Shown one piece after another: positions 37,396 through 50,765 of a DNA stretch of 64,000 nt. A program made the position numbers and the translations under genes. Origin of the DNA: Hemiscyllium ocellatum. Its lineage: Eukaryota. The stretch lies in NCBI RefSeq assembly GCF_020745735.1, contig NC_083410.1, positions 90,433,800 through 90,497,799 on the forward strand, written 5' to 3'. How positions within the stretch are numbered: the first letter of the stretch is position 1; the number at the start of each line of letters is the position of its first letter. The notes under the pieces are model-generated. The model was not told where the DNA came from. It worked only from the letters and a program-made list of their open reading frames with translations, and made no database searches.

Positions 37396-37952
37396 CGCTT
37401 CAGAGAACACCTCTGGGCCGCCCGACCAACCAACCCAACCACCCCGTGGCTCAACACTTTAACTCTCCCTCCCACTCCACCGAGGACATGCAGGTCCTTG
37501 GACTCCTCCACCGGCAGAACATAACAACACGACGGCTGGAGGAGGAGCGCCTCATCTTCCGCCTGGGAACCCTCCAACCACAAGGTATGAACTCAGATTT
37601 CTCCAGTTTCCTCATTTCCCCTCCCCCCACCTTGTCTCAGTCGGTTCCCTCAACTCAGCACCGCCCTCCTAACCTGCAATCTCCTTACTGACCTCTCCGC
37701 CCCCACCCCACTCCGGCCTATCACCCTCACCTTGACCTCCTTCCGCCTATCCCACCTCCATCGCCCCTCCCCCAAGTCCCTCCTCCCTACCTTTTATCTT
37801 AGCCTGCTTGGCTACTCTCTCTCATTCCTGATGAAGGGCTTATGCTCGAAACGTCGAATTCCCTATTCCTGAGATGCTGCCTGGCCTGCTGTGCTTTAAC
37901 CAGCAACACATTTTCAGCTGTGATCTCCAGCATCTGCAAACCTCATTTTTTA
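37396..37952 (+). mobile_element. PLE family 2 3' fragment inserted in GPCR C exon 2
   Basis: Perfect 8-bp TSD CACCTCAT (37388-37395, 37953-37960). GIY-YIG C-terminus PVAQHFNSPSH...RRLEEERLIFRLGTLQPQGMN. Confidence 0.92.
37824..37859 (+). ncRNA. Minimal hammerhead ribozyme motif (PLE family 2), intact
   Basis: auuc-CUGAUGA-a-gggc(uuau)gcuc-GAAAC-GUC-gaau. 4-bp stem I, 4-bp stem II and palindromic ACGU stem III. Predicted cleavage after 37855. Confidence 0.8.
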
Positions 37953-38719
37953 CACCTCATTGATGGTACTTATTGAGGTGAAGTGTAGAAGTGAAAATGG
38001 GAAATAGTAGGATAGCAGGCATGTAGTAGATTATCACATTGAAAATAATGACCAGGAGATCAACTGTCGTCATACCCATTAAATAAAGAGTGATCCCTTT
38101 AGATAGACCACAGCCTCCACGAATTAGAAGGACAATTGTCAGGAAGTTCGCTATGAAGAAAAGAGCAGAATCCCCAGATTAATGACACAAAATTACTTGG
38201 AAATTATGATACAAAACCAGGCCATTTTGTCCAATAGGTCTACGTTGAGGTTCACACTGCATATGTGTTTACTCCCACTGACTTTATCTTACAATATTGA
38301 GATATTATTCCTTTCAGCCTCACGTAGTTACTGAGATTTCCAATCAGGCAAACTCACAAAATGTGCAGAAGTACTGCACAGATCAGAAGGAAGCAAAATC
38401 TTTCTCAAACCAGAATCCCTTTACAGAGATGTGCAAGGCTATAATTAAACAGAAGGGTGGATCGGGAGGGAGTGACTGTCTCATTTGAACATTGACTAAT
38501 TTACATACAATTTTCTGAAGCTAATTGGGAGGTCAATTGACCACAATTGTGTGGGATACATTTTATTACAAAGGTCTCACAGGCGGGGTGTTTTCCAGTC
38601 AGGGGCACCGAGACAGATAAAAGTCCATCCATATCTTTGTAAGTGGAGATGTCCTCAGTGATGTTTCCCATGAAGTGGTAGATTGAGCTCCATTTGGTTT
38701 CAAGGATTTTGTGTTGTTC

Positions 38720-41280
38720 AGTCAGGACATTAAGAAACGTACCAGAGGAAAGAGGGGGGCTTAAAGCCTCAAAGCCTGAGACTCAAAGAGGAGACCAGAT
38801 GCAGTTGTTCCCATGGGGATTGTAAATGTGGGAGGAGGTCAAGACAAGAAGGTTCAAGAGGGCAGATAGCCAGGGGTAGGTGGGCTCTGTATATCAGGGA
38901 CATAATGGATTTAGTCCTGTGTAAGGAAACCATTGAGAATAGCAGCAGCCTGAAAGGGGAATGTATGATCATTGCATTTAGTCTATAAACAGTCTATAAA
39001 CTATCTACAGCAATTGGAGATCCAGTTCCTGCACAGAGTGTGCCTTTCCAGGGAGTCAGTGATATTCCTTTGTGACAAATCAGTTTCAATTGTGCCTTTG
39101 GGTGTTCAGTGTCTGTAGCTTCAAAGATCACCGCAGGCTTTGAGCTCTCGTACCTCCAGCTCGTTGTGAGCATTAAACAGAGACCTTTACAGTGGGCTGT
39201 TAGCTCCTGAAAACGAGTACATTTGTAAGGGTTTGATGTGCTCACACCGACATCACTTTCACCACAGATGAGGTTCACCAGGCAGGAAGATGCCACAGGA
39301 TTCAGGACTCTTGCTGAATTCTCAAAACTGGAAGGTGTCATCGATTACAAGCATGTTGCTGTTGAGGTTTCAGTGAGACAACCAGGGACATTTGTAAATA
39401 TTAAAGGGGTTCACTCGCTCAGTGTCCAATTAGTCAGCAATTATCAACAAAGGCTTCTCCAGGTATGTGTGTGTATTCCAGGGAGGGGTCATGACTCATA
39501 CAACCTTCAACACCCCTTGGTTCCATCATGGGCAATGTACCACAGCCTTTGGAGAGACAGATTCTAAGAGGGAAGGACTGTCTCTTGAAGAGATGGCTCA
39601 TGAGACTATAAGATCATGAGACATAGGAGTGGAAGCAAGGCTATTTGGCCCATCGAGTCCACTCCACCATTTAATCATGGTTGATGGGTGTTTCCATTCC
39701 ACTTCCCTGCACTCTCCCCACATCCCCTAATATCTTGATCAAGAATTTATCAATCTCTGCCGTGAAGACACTCAACGCCCCGGCCCCCACCGCACTCCGT
39801 CACGATAAATTTCACAGGTCACCACTCTCTGGCTGAAGAAATATCTCCTCAGTTCCGTTCTAAATTGACCCCCTCTAATTTTAAGGATATGCCCATGGGT
39901 CCGAAATTCCCCACCTAATGGAAACAACTTCCCAGCACCCACCCTTTCTAAGCCATGCATTGTCCTGTAAGTTGCTATTAGAATTCCCCTCAACCTTCTA
40001 AACACTAATGAATACAATCACAAGAGCGTCAGCTGATCATTGTATTTTAGGCCTACCATTCCAGGGATCATCCATGTGAATCTGCGCTGGACACGCTCCA
40101 GTGCCAGTATGTGCTCCCTGAGGTGTGGGTCCCAAAATTGAAAACAGTATTCTAGATGGGGCCTAACTAAAGCATTATAAAATCTCAGTAACACATCACT
40201 GCTTTTACGTTCCAACCCTCAAGATAAATGGCAAAATTACATTTGCTTTTTTAATCATGGACTCAACCTGCAAGTCAACCTTTAGAGAATCCTGGACTAG
40301 CACTCCCAGATCCCTTTGTTCTTTGGCGTTATTAACTTTTTCACCGTTTAAAAACTAGTCCATGCCTGTATTCTTTTTCCCATAATTGCAAGACCTCGCT
40401 TTTGCGCACGTTGAATCTCATCATCTATTTTCTGGACCACTCTCCAAAACTGTCAAAATGACCCAAGTTGAGACACAGGAGATCAGATGTTGAGTGACAT
40501 TGCAGTAACATTTACACAAGCACCAAGTCGATCTGTCAAAGGGATTAACATCCTGCTCAACACAGCACAATGTCACTTCAAGCTATGACCATTGACAGGA
40601 CTATTGAGTTTCTGGCAAAGGTAAGGTGGGTACTGAAAAGGATGCTGGGACGCACACCATCAACAAACCCTGGTTAGTAAACCCTCAAGTCAACATCCAT
40701 CCATAAGACCAGCCAAATGAATGAAAACAGTAACTACACATCCATCCTCATGTGCATGTATTTAATGAAGGTTATCAGCAATACCATTTCTGTAAAGACA
40801 TCATAAATTATTCCCCATGTTCTCCGATATGGACTCAGTGTGATTTCTTACATTGTTCCTGCCTGCTGCACTGTAGCCTTCCCCATGTGCTGCCAGTGGT
40901 CCTGGAGGCAGGCGGCTGACTCTAATATCCCTTTGTCTGGAATGGCCTTGAGGGTGGTCCTCTGTTTGGTGGAGTCTGTCTGACCCTGACATGGTGAGGC
41001 TCTTCCTGCACAGTGTCAGGAATCTCCTTCATCACCCTGGCTCTCTGAAGCACTGGTGTCAGTGGCAGAGGGTAGAGGAGTAACTGTCTCCAACAGGAGT
41101 GCCCTGACAGGTACTTGCTGATGGTGACTGTTCCTCCCCATGTCCCACTCTGAGGTTCACGTGGCCCTCCATACTTTCCAGGCAGAGGGACAATGACCTG
41201 ATGATGATGATGATGTCAGATATCTCCATCTCCTTTTCCTTTGCATAGAGTTCAGTGATAATGCAATGGATCACTTTAAC
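38720..41280 (+). mobile_element. PIF/Harbinger transposase (HARBI1-like) remnant in the intron of gene C
   Basis: GFRTLAEFSKLEGVIDYKHVAV...FVNIKGVHSLSVQLV...PGRGHDSY matches the Harbinger DDE motifs (GAIDCTH, NRKG.HS, PGS.HD). Confidence 0.8.
39607..40457 (-). mobile_element. CR1 3' fragment inserted in the Harbinger remnant
   Basis: YNALVRPHLEYCFQFW...LERVQRRFT; FFSQRVV; tail at 39607. Confidence 0.85.
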
Positions 41281-41860
41281 AACTCTAACAATCATCCTAA
41301 AGCTAACTCTAATCTTAACACGAGACCTACACCAAACCCTAATCTTAAAATAATCGTCTACACAAACCCTAACCCAGAACCTAAGGCCTCATTCTAAACA
41401 CAGCACTAACGCCAACCCCAATCCCAACCCTAACCCTAACCTTATGAAGGGCTTATGCCTGAAATGTCAATTCTCCTGCTCCTCAGATGCTGCCTGACTG
41501 GCTGTGCTTTTCCAGTACCACACAGTTTGACTCTGATCCCCAGCATCTGCAGTTCTCACATTCTCCTCATCCTTACCTTCAAGTTAATTGTTCCCAAAAT
41601 CTGAACTCAAACTTGAACTGTAAATCTAACCCTGAAGACGAATCGTAACCCGAACCTGAAAACTAATTCTAATCTCAAAAACACTCCTCATGCAAACACC
41701 TCTAATTCTAACCCTCACATGAATCTAACCCAAATTATCACCACAACCTTAACCATAACTCGAAACACTAAACATAAGCTAATCCTAACCCTAACCATGA
41801 CCTAATCCCGAGATCTAACCATAACAAAAATTGATCTCCCAACCTAACTCTATTGCAAAT
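41281..41860. repeat. Degenerate (CCCTAA)n tract containing a PLE tail (about 41441-41570)
   Basis: aaccctaaccctaacc at about 41425, followed by the degenerate hammerhead-like ttatgaagggcttatgcctgaaatgtc. Confidence 0.7.
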
Positions 41861-43299
41861 CAGCATGTATATTCCACAGCACCTGATTGATCAGCCTCCA
41901 CCAGAGATTGGGATGTGCTTGTGATCACCCCCCACCCCGTACCCCTCAGCAGATGTGCACAAACCCATCAAGATGTGATGCTTCATCAGATAAAAGCCCT
42001 AATTCCGCTGTGTAGCTCCCTGTTCCCCCTCAGTGGGCAATGCTGCTCACTGAGGACCGGTTACAGGGACCAACTGTTAATATGAAATAAAAGAACAACA
42101 GATTAGTGATCTTCATCCTCATCTGTGATCATTTAAGAGGATACAGGCCTTCTCTAGAAAATCAGCTGAACAGAGTCTGAAAAGCCGACATTTCAGAGGA
42201 GATGCCATCATTCTCCCTCTGCTAATGGTGATAACATCTCCCTTCTTCTGCCCTTCCTTCCTGGAGTAAGCTTCGTCCCTCTGAACCTTAACTCATGCAC
42301 AACCTCCTGTCTCCTCCTGCCCCTCAGCCTCCAGCCTCCCAGTGGTTCTCCAGGTGAGTGACCAACTACAACATCACCTCCTCCTCCATCAGAGTCAGTT
42401 TGGCCACACCTCCACTGATCCTCATTCTCTCACTCAGCCTTTTGCAGGACATCAACCACATAGAACAGATATGTCCATATGTACTGACCAACTCTGCTAA
42501 CTCTACCCGATAACTGAGAGAATGAGGAGGGCTCATTCCTCGGATTTGGACCTGCCCTGGACGGGGTGGATGATATCTCCACCTTGGCAAAGGAGTTTAT
42601 GAAAGATGATGCTGTCGCAGGAGACACCAGGGTTAAAGTTCACGGTCTATCCTGCTCCCTCAACAATAAAGGTTCTGAACTCTCAATGCTGCCTCCCCAC
42701 AGCTGAAGGATATTTACACAATTCCACTTCACCTCAGCTGCCTGCTCATGCCCACAGCCCTGTACAATGATGGAACTGTCTTGCTGTTCACGGCCTGACC
42801 CTTCGCACAGTGGACACCCGCCCTCACCGTGTGCTTCACTGAGGAGGGCCCTGGCACCATGTGACTTGGGTGGCCAACTCATGGTCCCACTGTGATGATC
42901 GTTCAGGTGTGTGAGCACGTGGACAGGGCGCTATCCCATCGACCTGCCTGATCCCACTGACCAACATCAAATCCAGGCTCATGTCCCAGCAACAGACCCA
43001 GACACATGGCAATAAAAACCCAGTCGGAGAGAGCTTTGGGATCCAGAAATCTGAAAGTACCTGTTCCTCCCAGACAAGGACCATTTAGCACACGTCAGGT
43101 CACAGATTCCTCATGTCCTCATGGAACTAAACTAAAATTCACAAATTACAGCATGGGCTGTTTCTTGTCGGAACACCTGAAACTGGATCCAGCATGAGGA
43201 GAGAAAGAGGGAGGGTTTATTCACTGAGAGATATATCAGGGGAAAGAACAGAGTGAAAGTGGGATTGAAAAGATAACACAACCTGCTTCAACTTCTTAC

Positions 43300-43369
43300 C
43301 AGGAACTCCGAAGATTGTGAGGAAATGGTAGTAAGTGAAAGCTATCTGTTCAATTGTTGATAATTCCAT
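43300..43369 (-). pseudogene. Gene C exon 1 (MELSTIEQIAFTYYHFLTIFGVP+G), itself intact
   Basis: 70 nt from ATG to CCT G|gtaag. TATA at about 43427-43435 and the 14-mer at 43498-43511. Confidence 0.88.
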
Positions 43370-43689
43370 TTTCAGGGAGAGACAATATCAATTGTTGACA
43401 GATCTGAATCATCAGACATTAATACATTATATATAGGAACTAAATCTCCCCTGTGATTTTGTGCAGTTGCAGAGATAGTGAAATTAGTTTGTGGTCTTTG
43501 AACAAACAGGTAGAATTAATTTTAATAGATATTACACAATACAATCTTCACCTACACCGGAAGAATGAAGGAGAACAATTGGGCCAGGTCCATCTCAAGG
43601 GTCCTTGCTCGCTGTCTTAGTGCTCTCTACACGGATGCTCACACCATCCCTGCCATGCCTTTCTCACTTTGCCCCGTCAACTAGATACT

Positions 43690-44750
43690 CATAGAAAGAT
43701 ACAGCTTGGAAACAAGACCCTTCAGCTAACTTGTCCATGACAACCAGACATCCCAAATTAATCTCATCCCATTTATCAACATTTCATCCTTATCCCTCTA
43801 AACTCTTTCTGTCAGTATCTAAATGCTTCTAAAAATGTTGTTATCGTACCAGCCTCCACCACTTCCTTTGGCATCTCCTTTCTTACACACACCACCCTCT
43901 GTGTGAAAATGTTGCCCTCTCAGTTCATTTTAAAGCTTAGCCCCTCACCTTACACCTACGGTCTCTGGATTCCCTTACGCTGGGGAAAAGACCTTTAGCT
44001 CATCACCCTACCCCTGTTCTTCATGATTTTGTAAACTTCCATAAAGTCATCCCTCAGTCTCCAATGCTGCTGGAAATTAGCACCAACCTATTTAGCCTCT
44101 CCCTATAGCTCAAACCCTCTCATCCTGGCAACATACCTGTCAATATCTTTTGAACTTTTTCATGTCTCACATCAGCCTACTCATAGCAGGGAGACCAGAA
44201 TTGAACGCAGTCTTCCAATGTCCTGTACAGCCACAACATGACCTCCTCTCAGTTCCTATACTAAATGCACTGACCAATAAAGCCAAGCTTACCTTCTTCA
44301 CTCTCCTGCCGACCTGCGACTCCACTTTCAAGGAATTATGAACCAACATTCCCAGAATTCATTGCTCCGCAACAATCCCCAGGACCTTACCATCAAGTGT
44401 ATACATCCTGACATCATTTGCCTTTCCACAATGCAATACCTCATAGTTAGCTAAATTAAACTCCATCTGCCGCTCCTCAACCCATTAGTCCACCTGACTG
44501 AGGTCCTGCTGTACTCTGAGGTAACCTCCTTGACTCTCCACCACACCAACATTGTTGGTGTCACATGCAAACGTACTAACCACACTTTCTGTATTCATAT
44601 CCAAATCATTTATAGTAATGACAAAATGCAGTGGACCCAGCACTGATCCTAGTTTCACAACACAGGTCACAGGCTTCCAGGCTGAAAAGCAACCCTCCAA
44701 AATTCCCCTCGGTCTACTACCTTTCAGCGAGTGCTTATCTAAATGGCTAG
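43690..44750 (-). mobile_element. CR1 RT/3' fragment
   Basis: GSVLGPLHFVITINDLD...FACDT; LKVESQVGRRVKK. Confidence 0.8.
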
Positions 44751-44754
44751 TTGT

Positions 44755-46075
44755 ACAGAGATGGCATGCGCCCTCAAAACTGAGGAATTTTGCGAGGAGG
44801 TTTCAGCGGGACTCGAGTATTTCACCTGTGAAGTGAGACTGGAAAGGTTTGAATTGGTTTCGGTCAAATTCACCGATGTCAACCCGGTGTTCTTCTCTGA
44901 CCACTGCCTCCTGCTGTTCAGCAAGGGTACATAGAATCTGAACGTGAAACTGCTGATCCCAGAAATCATGGAGAAGTTCAAAAGAGGTTCCACAAGTTGG
45001 AGAAACGTGAATCACCACATTGAGTCTCCCTCAGACTTCTGGGAAACAGCCAAGGGGATCATCAACATAATCTTCATTCTCGAAGGTCTTCTGAAGGTGA
45101 GAGAAAAACAGGGGAGAACTGTGAAAACTCCAGAATAGTGTGCAGATCCTACACCAGGTGTAGATAATGGGGGTTGATGTCATGGAGGATCAACAGGAGG
45201 TGAACATTCAGCAAACCTCACTCGTTACCTTCGTAGCCTCCATGGTAATATCCTGATCCAGGGTCTACACAGTGGAGCAGGATGAGACGTGCTCATGTTA
45301 GTTCTTTGAGAAGTTGCACAGGGAGAGCTCTGTGCTCAGAGCCCGAAGGGAGAAGGTGGATCTGTAAGGCTATCTCAGACTAACATCCTGAGGATCAGCA
45401 AATCGTTTCACGCTGGACTGTGTGACAGGAAGCCCACAGACAGCGTAGCCTCCCGGTCATTCCTCCCTCTCATGATAGGTCTTAGATGACAGCAGTTGGG
45501 AGAGGCTGCACCAGCCTCTATCTCTGGATGTGCTGACCAAGGCCCTCGAGTCCTCAGGAAAGAGTATTACTCCAGGAAGTGACGGCTTACCAGCCGAGTT
45601 GTATTCAATTCTGTGAGACTTGATTGGCCAGGACATGCTGGAAATGCGCAACAGAATGCCTCCAACAGGTAATTTGTGTAAATCCATGAGTAAATGTATC
45701 ATCCCCACATCTGCAATCAGAAGGTGGAGAGGGATGACTGACAACTAATTTAATTGCTGAATGGCAATTAAAATGTCCTGAATAAAGTCATCACCATCTG
45801 GGTCAGTTCTGCTTTGGGATCAGTGATTCACCCTGAGTAAAACTGATCTGTTGAGGCAGCCTCATAATACTCAGATATAGAATCACCTCTGTACAGGACA
45901 GGGGAGTTGGAAAGCTGCCTCATCAGCCTGCACCAGGAGGTCCTTGACACGATCTTTCACACATCTATGAGGGGTTTTCTCTCCAAAGTAGGCTTTGGAG
46001 AGCGATTCTACAAATGAACCATACTCCTCTACACCAACATCATGAGTGCGGCCTCAATCATTGGTTGGGAAACAG
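44755..46075 (+). mobile_element. Tx1/L1-like LINE ORF2 fragment
   Basis: Endonuclease end PVFFSDHCLL, then GTxNLNVKLL and TPGSDGLPAELYS. Many stops. Confidence 0.7.
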
Positions 46076-49000
46076 AAAGCCCACTCTCTCCTTTCCTGTT
46101 GTATTGTTGACCTGGAGGTGCCTGAATCACTCTGGGAAACAATTCAGGCATTTCTTCCTTTTAAGCAAATGTCAATCTACTGCGAACCTCTTTACAAACG
46201 TTCATCAATCCACCATTGCTCATTTATGCATCAATGGATTCAGGACCCGAGTTTCAGACTCTAGTTCTTTATTCTCCATCTTAACAAACAATTCAAGTGT
46301 TTTAAGATCACTCTTCCCCAATACAATAATATTGTAAATTCATGCTATTGCATTGTGTCTGTTTGTTTTGGAGAAAGCAAATTAACTTGCTGCATGCTGA
46401 CACCTGTTCTCTCGCATCAGTTCAAAGCTGTGAGATGTAACAGGTTAGTCCTTTTAAACTGCTATTTATTATTTATAATGATGCTTGCTCTATTTGAACA
46501 TAACAAATAAAGGTAAGATATCGACAATGACCATGTAACGTAACGCATACATTATTGAGAATATCCCGAAAATGGGAAAGCAGCACTCCAGGAAGAACTC
46601 TGTCCTTGAATCTATGAGGCATGTGAGGGAAGGGTTTGATCCTGAAGGTTCAGATTCTGAAGCAGAACACCTTCATGGATCCAGAACGTGTTTTGGTGCT
46701 TTTCTCTTTCACTCAGATTTACAACTTCAATTGGCCTGATGCATCTCCCTGCTAACTGAGCTTTATCCCAAGTTCCCAACATTCTGATAATATTGAACAA
46801 ATATTCCACAATGCCGGTAGTATGGTTCCCCAGAAGGGTAGCAATCCCCATCCAATAAAAGCAAAACCCACGTTTCCAATCTATTCAGTTTGCACCAGCC
46901 CCAGAAACCTCACCAATCATCGGTAAATCCAAAGCACTTCCTCCTGGAACTAATTCTTCTAGCCACATGTTCATCGGCCTAATGTGTACTCAGAGTAACA
47001 AGGGGATCAGCCTTTCAACTTCTTGCCTGATTTGCTGCATTTTACTGATTAATGCCAATCACTGTTGCTCCCTGCTATTGTGATTAGGTCAACCAGCTGG
47101 AACTGAAAGTGTATGAGTTCCCTGATTGGGGCTCTGAATCTGATCCAATCAGGGAGCCCTGTCTGAATTAAAAGAATGAATGTCAGGAATATTGAGATGC
47201 TGAATACCTGACTCAGTAAGAGGCTACTGTTAAAGGAGATGCATTTGTAAATAAATGGGTGATTAATGACAGGATGTCAGCCTCTGAAGCGTGATTTCAC
47301 GACCAGACATTGTTGGTATAAATGTGCAACAAGGACCACGGGCTCTTCACTTTCCGCACGTTCCCATTCCTGCTTCTGTCCCTAACCAGTAAACCCCGCA
47401 CCCCAAGATATGTTGAAGTTTTTCTGTGATGTTCTCGACCTCAGCACTGTTGAGACAATATACCTTCCAGGCTTCTGTCAAGTCAGGACTGTTGATTCTG
47501 ATAGATTCACTCAGTCACTTTATGTTTGTCCACAGCTGCCATTTGATGTTAACACAGCAACAAACTGACTTTATAAATACTGAAAAGCAGAAAAAAAAAC
47601 TGGGGAGTTGGGAGTCCATGTCTATTTGAGTGCAGGATTGATTGAGCATAATGATTGCTGGACAGCAAGGGTTCAACGATGAGGGAGTGAAATGACGCAA
47701 ACCGAGGGTTGAATTGCACAAAGTTCGAAGTGTTTGAGATGAATAAGTCTTTGAAGAGAATAATGGAAACTACTGGCACTAAATGGACCTAAAAGCTTCT
47801 TGTTGCCTCTTGATGTATGACTAGGACAAGCATCTAAATGTTTATGATGGCCTGAAATCTTTCCAAAATTGAAATGAATGAACAATGCCTCACATTTTTC
47901 TATATTATATTGCACTGACCATTGTGTGTGCATTCACTCACTGAACCTGGCCTTCCACCTCTCAGCGTTCATATGTTCTCCTTGTATTTTTCTGTCCCAA
48001 CTGACATTTTGCAATTAACAAACACATGATTCCACCATCTCAGTCATTGACAGATAATAAGTGGCTGTGTCTGGAGAAGTGGTCCTTGTGGCACTCAGTA
48101 ATACCAGCCCAACAACATGAAGATGACAGATTTATTCCTTCTCTCTGTTTTCTGTTCTTTATTAGTCCTTACGCCAAGTCCCATTTCCCCATCACTGTAG
48201 GCATCATTGACAGTATTGATACCTGCTCAAATGTTTCCAAATTTGACATTTCTGCATCCTGGAGTGTGTAAATCCCTCCCTGGCCTTACTCTATCATCTC
48301 ACTTGAAGCTGATCCATCCCATCATCAGTCAGATGTTTAGGTATCTACTGTGGACATGTGCAGTACACTGCAGGGAACAGAAAATAACTCATCCCCATGT
48401 GGTGCTGTGCAGATCGTGTGTCGCAGAATCAGCTCTGAAACCTGTCCAGGACATTCTTATCCTGGTCGGAGGATCATTATTGATTGGAACTTATGTAATC
48501 TTTGAGGGTATTTTCCAGTGACTCATTTTATTTGTTTCAATTATTGCCTGAATTGGAGAAGTTATATTTGAATCAGAAGCTGTTTCCATGCAAGGTGAGG
48601 CATTCTATTGTGACGTTAGATTTACGAAAACCTACAATGTGTTGTCTCCATTAACCAACTATCATCCCCTTCACATAACAGGGAACCAGGGAAGCCACAT
48701 CCCTCTGTTGAGGAGAACATTTCTCAGAGAGACACTTAACAACTGGGATTTAATTTCCAAATGGTCAAAGGCGAGGGAAAGAAGACACTGAAATGAAATG
48801 AGATTTCAGTGTTTGATAGATGTGCTGGGGGGTCAATGCTGGTATACAGAGTGGCACAGTGGCTCAGTAGTTAGCCCTGCTATCTCACAGAGCCAGCAGG
48901 TGGGTGTGGGTGGGATAGCCTTTGCAGGGTCGATTTGGACTGGGTGGGCCCATTGACCTGCTTCCACTTTGTAAGAATTCTATGAATTTATTCCACATGC

Positions 49001-49101
49001 ATTTTCCAATGTTTCCTACTGACCGATTGAGATTTTTACAATCCAATAAACCTAGATTCTAAAAATAGTCTGTCTCAATTGAGAGTAAACTCACCGCTGT
49101 C

Positions 49102-49163
49102 ACCTGTTTGTACAAATTCTTAAATAAATGAATTGAACCACATTGTAATGTCACAGTCCCCCA
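49102..49163 (+). promoter_or_regulatory. Relic promoter of gene D, truncated just before the TATA box
   Basis: ACCTGTTTGTACAA (1 mismatch to the 14-mer). Colinear with 60806-60867, after which homology breaks. Confidence 0.55.
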
Positions 49164-50237
49164 CATTAACTGTGAAAGCATTACTTTCACTTCAATCATT
49201 TTTGTCATTTCTTTCAGTTCCTGTAAGACCCTGAAACTGAGTGGATGTGTAGATCCGTGCTCATGTGAAGGAAATGAGAGTTTTAGTAAATTATATTGCC
49301 TTGGAATGAAAATGTTGTACTAGTCCCAGGCTGAAGTGTTGTGACAAGAAAAAGCTCTGAAGACATTGTTTAAAGCTAACTACATTGACACTCTGGTAGC
49401 TCCATGAAGGAATTTACTGCAGTTCCAGTTTAGAAGTGACAGTCACAAGTCATTTAACCAAGTGATAGATACAGGGATTCTCCTGTAAATATTCTGTGAG
49501 AGTTGTTTTATTTGGAACAGCACTGGGAGTCGTGTTTTGTAAAATATATCAAGGTCATGTCCTTTTCATTCATTTAAGGAAGTTTTGAGGGTAATGAGAA
49601 TTAGACATTTCTTCCGTGTTCATTGCTTTTGAATCTGAGTTATAAGTAAGCAGTTTGTTTCATTCTACTTACTTGTAAATTTGTTTCGCAATAAATTTCT
49701 GTTTTGTTGTGGAAATAATATTTGCAGCATTGTGTGTTTGCGATTCAGCAAGAGATCTCTTTGTTAAATCAAAACAAGTAAGGTTGTCATCCATCAAGCT
49801 GAATTTGTGTTTAGGATCTGGCTTGTTCTGTAATTAATCAGCTGGTATCAGAACAGAAGTGAGACAATTAAAGACTAATACTAACTCCTGAGGAACTGAT
49901 AAACTAACCCCACTCTTCATATAGATTGCGCCTCAACTATATCCATCCAGATCCATTATATGGCACAAACCCTGATCAGACATCCACACTGAGTTTAATA
50001 CCATATTGCCCATCCCAAAGTTACTACTCTGTCACTTTGCACAAGAGCCAACACAAAATAACTTCCCTCAGTCCCTGCCAAACCTGTAAGACTGCAGCTG
50101 CATGAGACACTGGTTGGCTCACACACATGCGGTTTTGTGTCCAATACTGGTCATCACCAAGCAGTGAGGACAGAATTACTCTGAGGCGAGTACAGAAGAT
50201 ATTTACAAGAATAGTATTAGTATGTGGGAATTCCTGC

Positions 50238-50765
50238 GTTCAAAATCACACAACACCAGGTTATAGTCCAACAGGTTTAATTGGAAGCACTAGCTTTCGG
50301 AGTGCTGCTCCTTCGTCAGGTGGTTGTGGAGTACATAGTTGTAAGACACAGAACTAATAGCAAAAGTTTACAGTGTGATGTAACTGGAGGTATACATTGA
50401 AAAATACTTTGATTGTTGAGTCTCTCATCTGTCGGAATGACCACTTCCTTCATATGTAAATCACAAAACATTTTTCGAAATTTACATTCACAGGTGAACT
50501 TTAACAATTATCTGATAATGCGTTGAAGGTGTTAGCTCCCTTTGTGCTGCTGTCTGTGCCAAAATGTTTAGACTGATTCTATTGTTAAAAATGAATTAAC
50601 AGAACATTCCATGAGTTCATGCAGTCTTTGAGCAAAGTACAACGTAACTCTGCAAGTACAATACATCTCAAACGTATCTGTGTATGTGTGCATGTGGACT
50701 CTAACCTGGTGTTGTGTGGTTTCTAACTTTGTCCACCCCAGTCCAACATCGGCATCTGCAAATCA
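50238..50765. mobile_element. PLE family 3 inverted pair inserted in a CR1 fragment (about 50100-51180)
   Basis: Minus arm 50238-50700 and plus arm 50701-50765. Degenerate 13-bp TSD tgggaattcctgc / tggaaattactgc. Confidence 0.75.
50288..50322 (-). ncRNA. Minimal hammerhead ribozyme motif (PLE family 3)
   Basis: cac-CUGACGA-a-ggag(cagca)cucc-GAAAG-CUA-gug. Palindromic AGCU stem III. Confidence 0.7.

Larger units (their letters stand above)
36662..38150 (-). pseudogene. GPR139-like gene C, exon 2 (pseudogene paralog of B)
   Basis: Acceptor ttcttcatag|CG AAC TTC CTG. Lesions: +4 frameshift at about 38011-38019, 557-bp PLE insertion, and CGA>TGA at 37027-37025. Confidence 0.92.

Noticed and set aside
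39238-39567. Domesticated HARBI1 gene
   Set aside because: Fragmentary, with stops, a CR1 insertion, and deletion in the paralogous intron, so it is a dead transposon.
49215-49230. gttcctgtaag as the relic exon 1 donor of gene D
   Set aside because: There is no upstream ATG or TM1-like frame and no homology to E exon 1. It more likely marks a repeat boundary.
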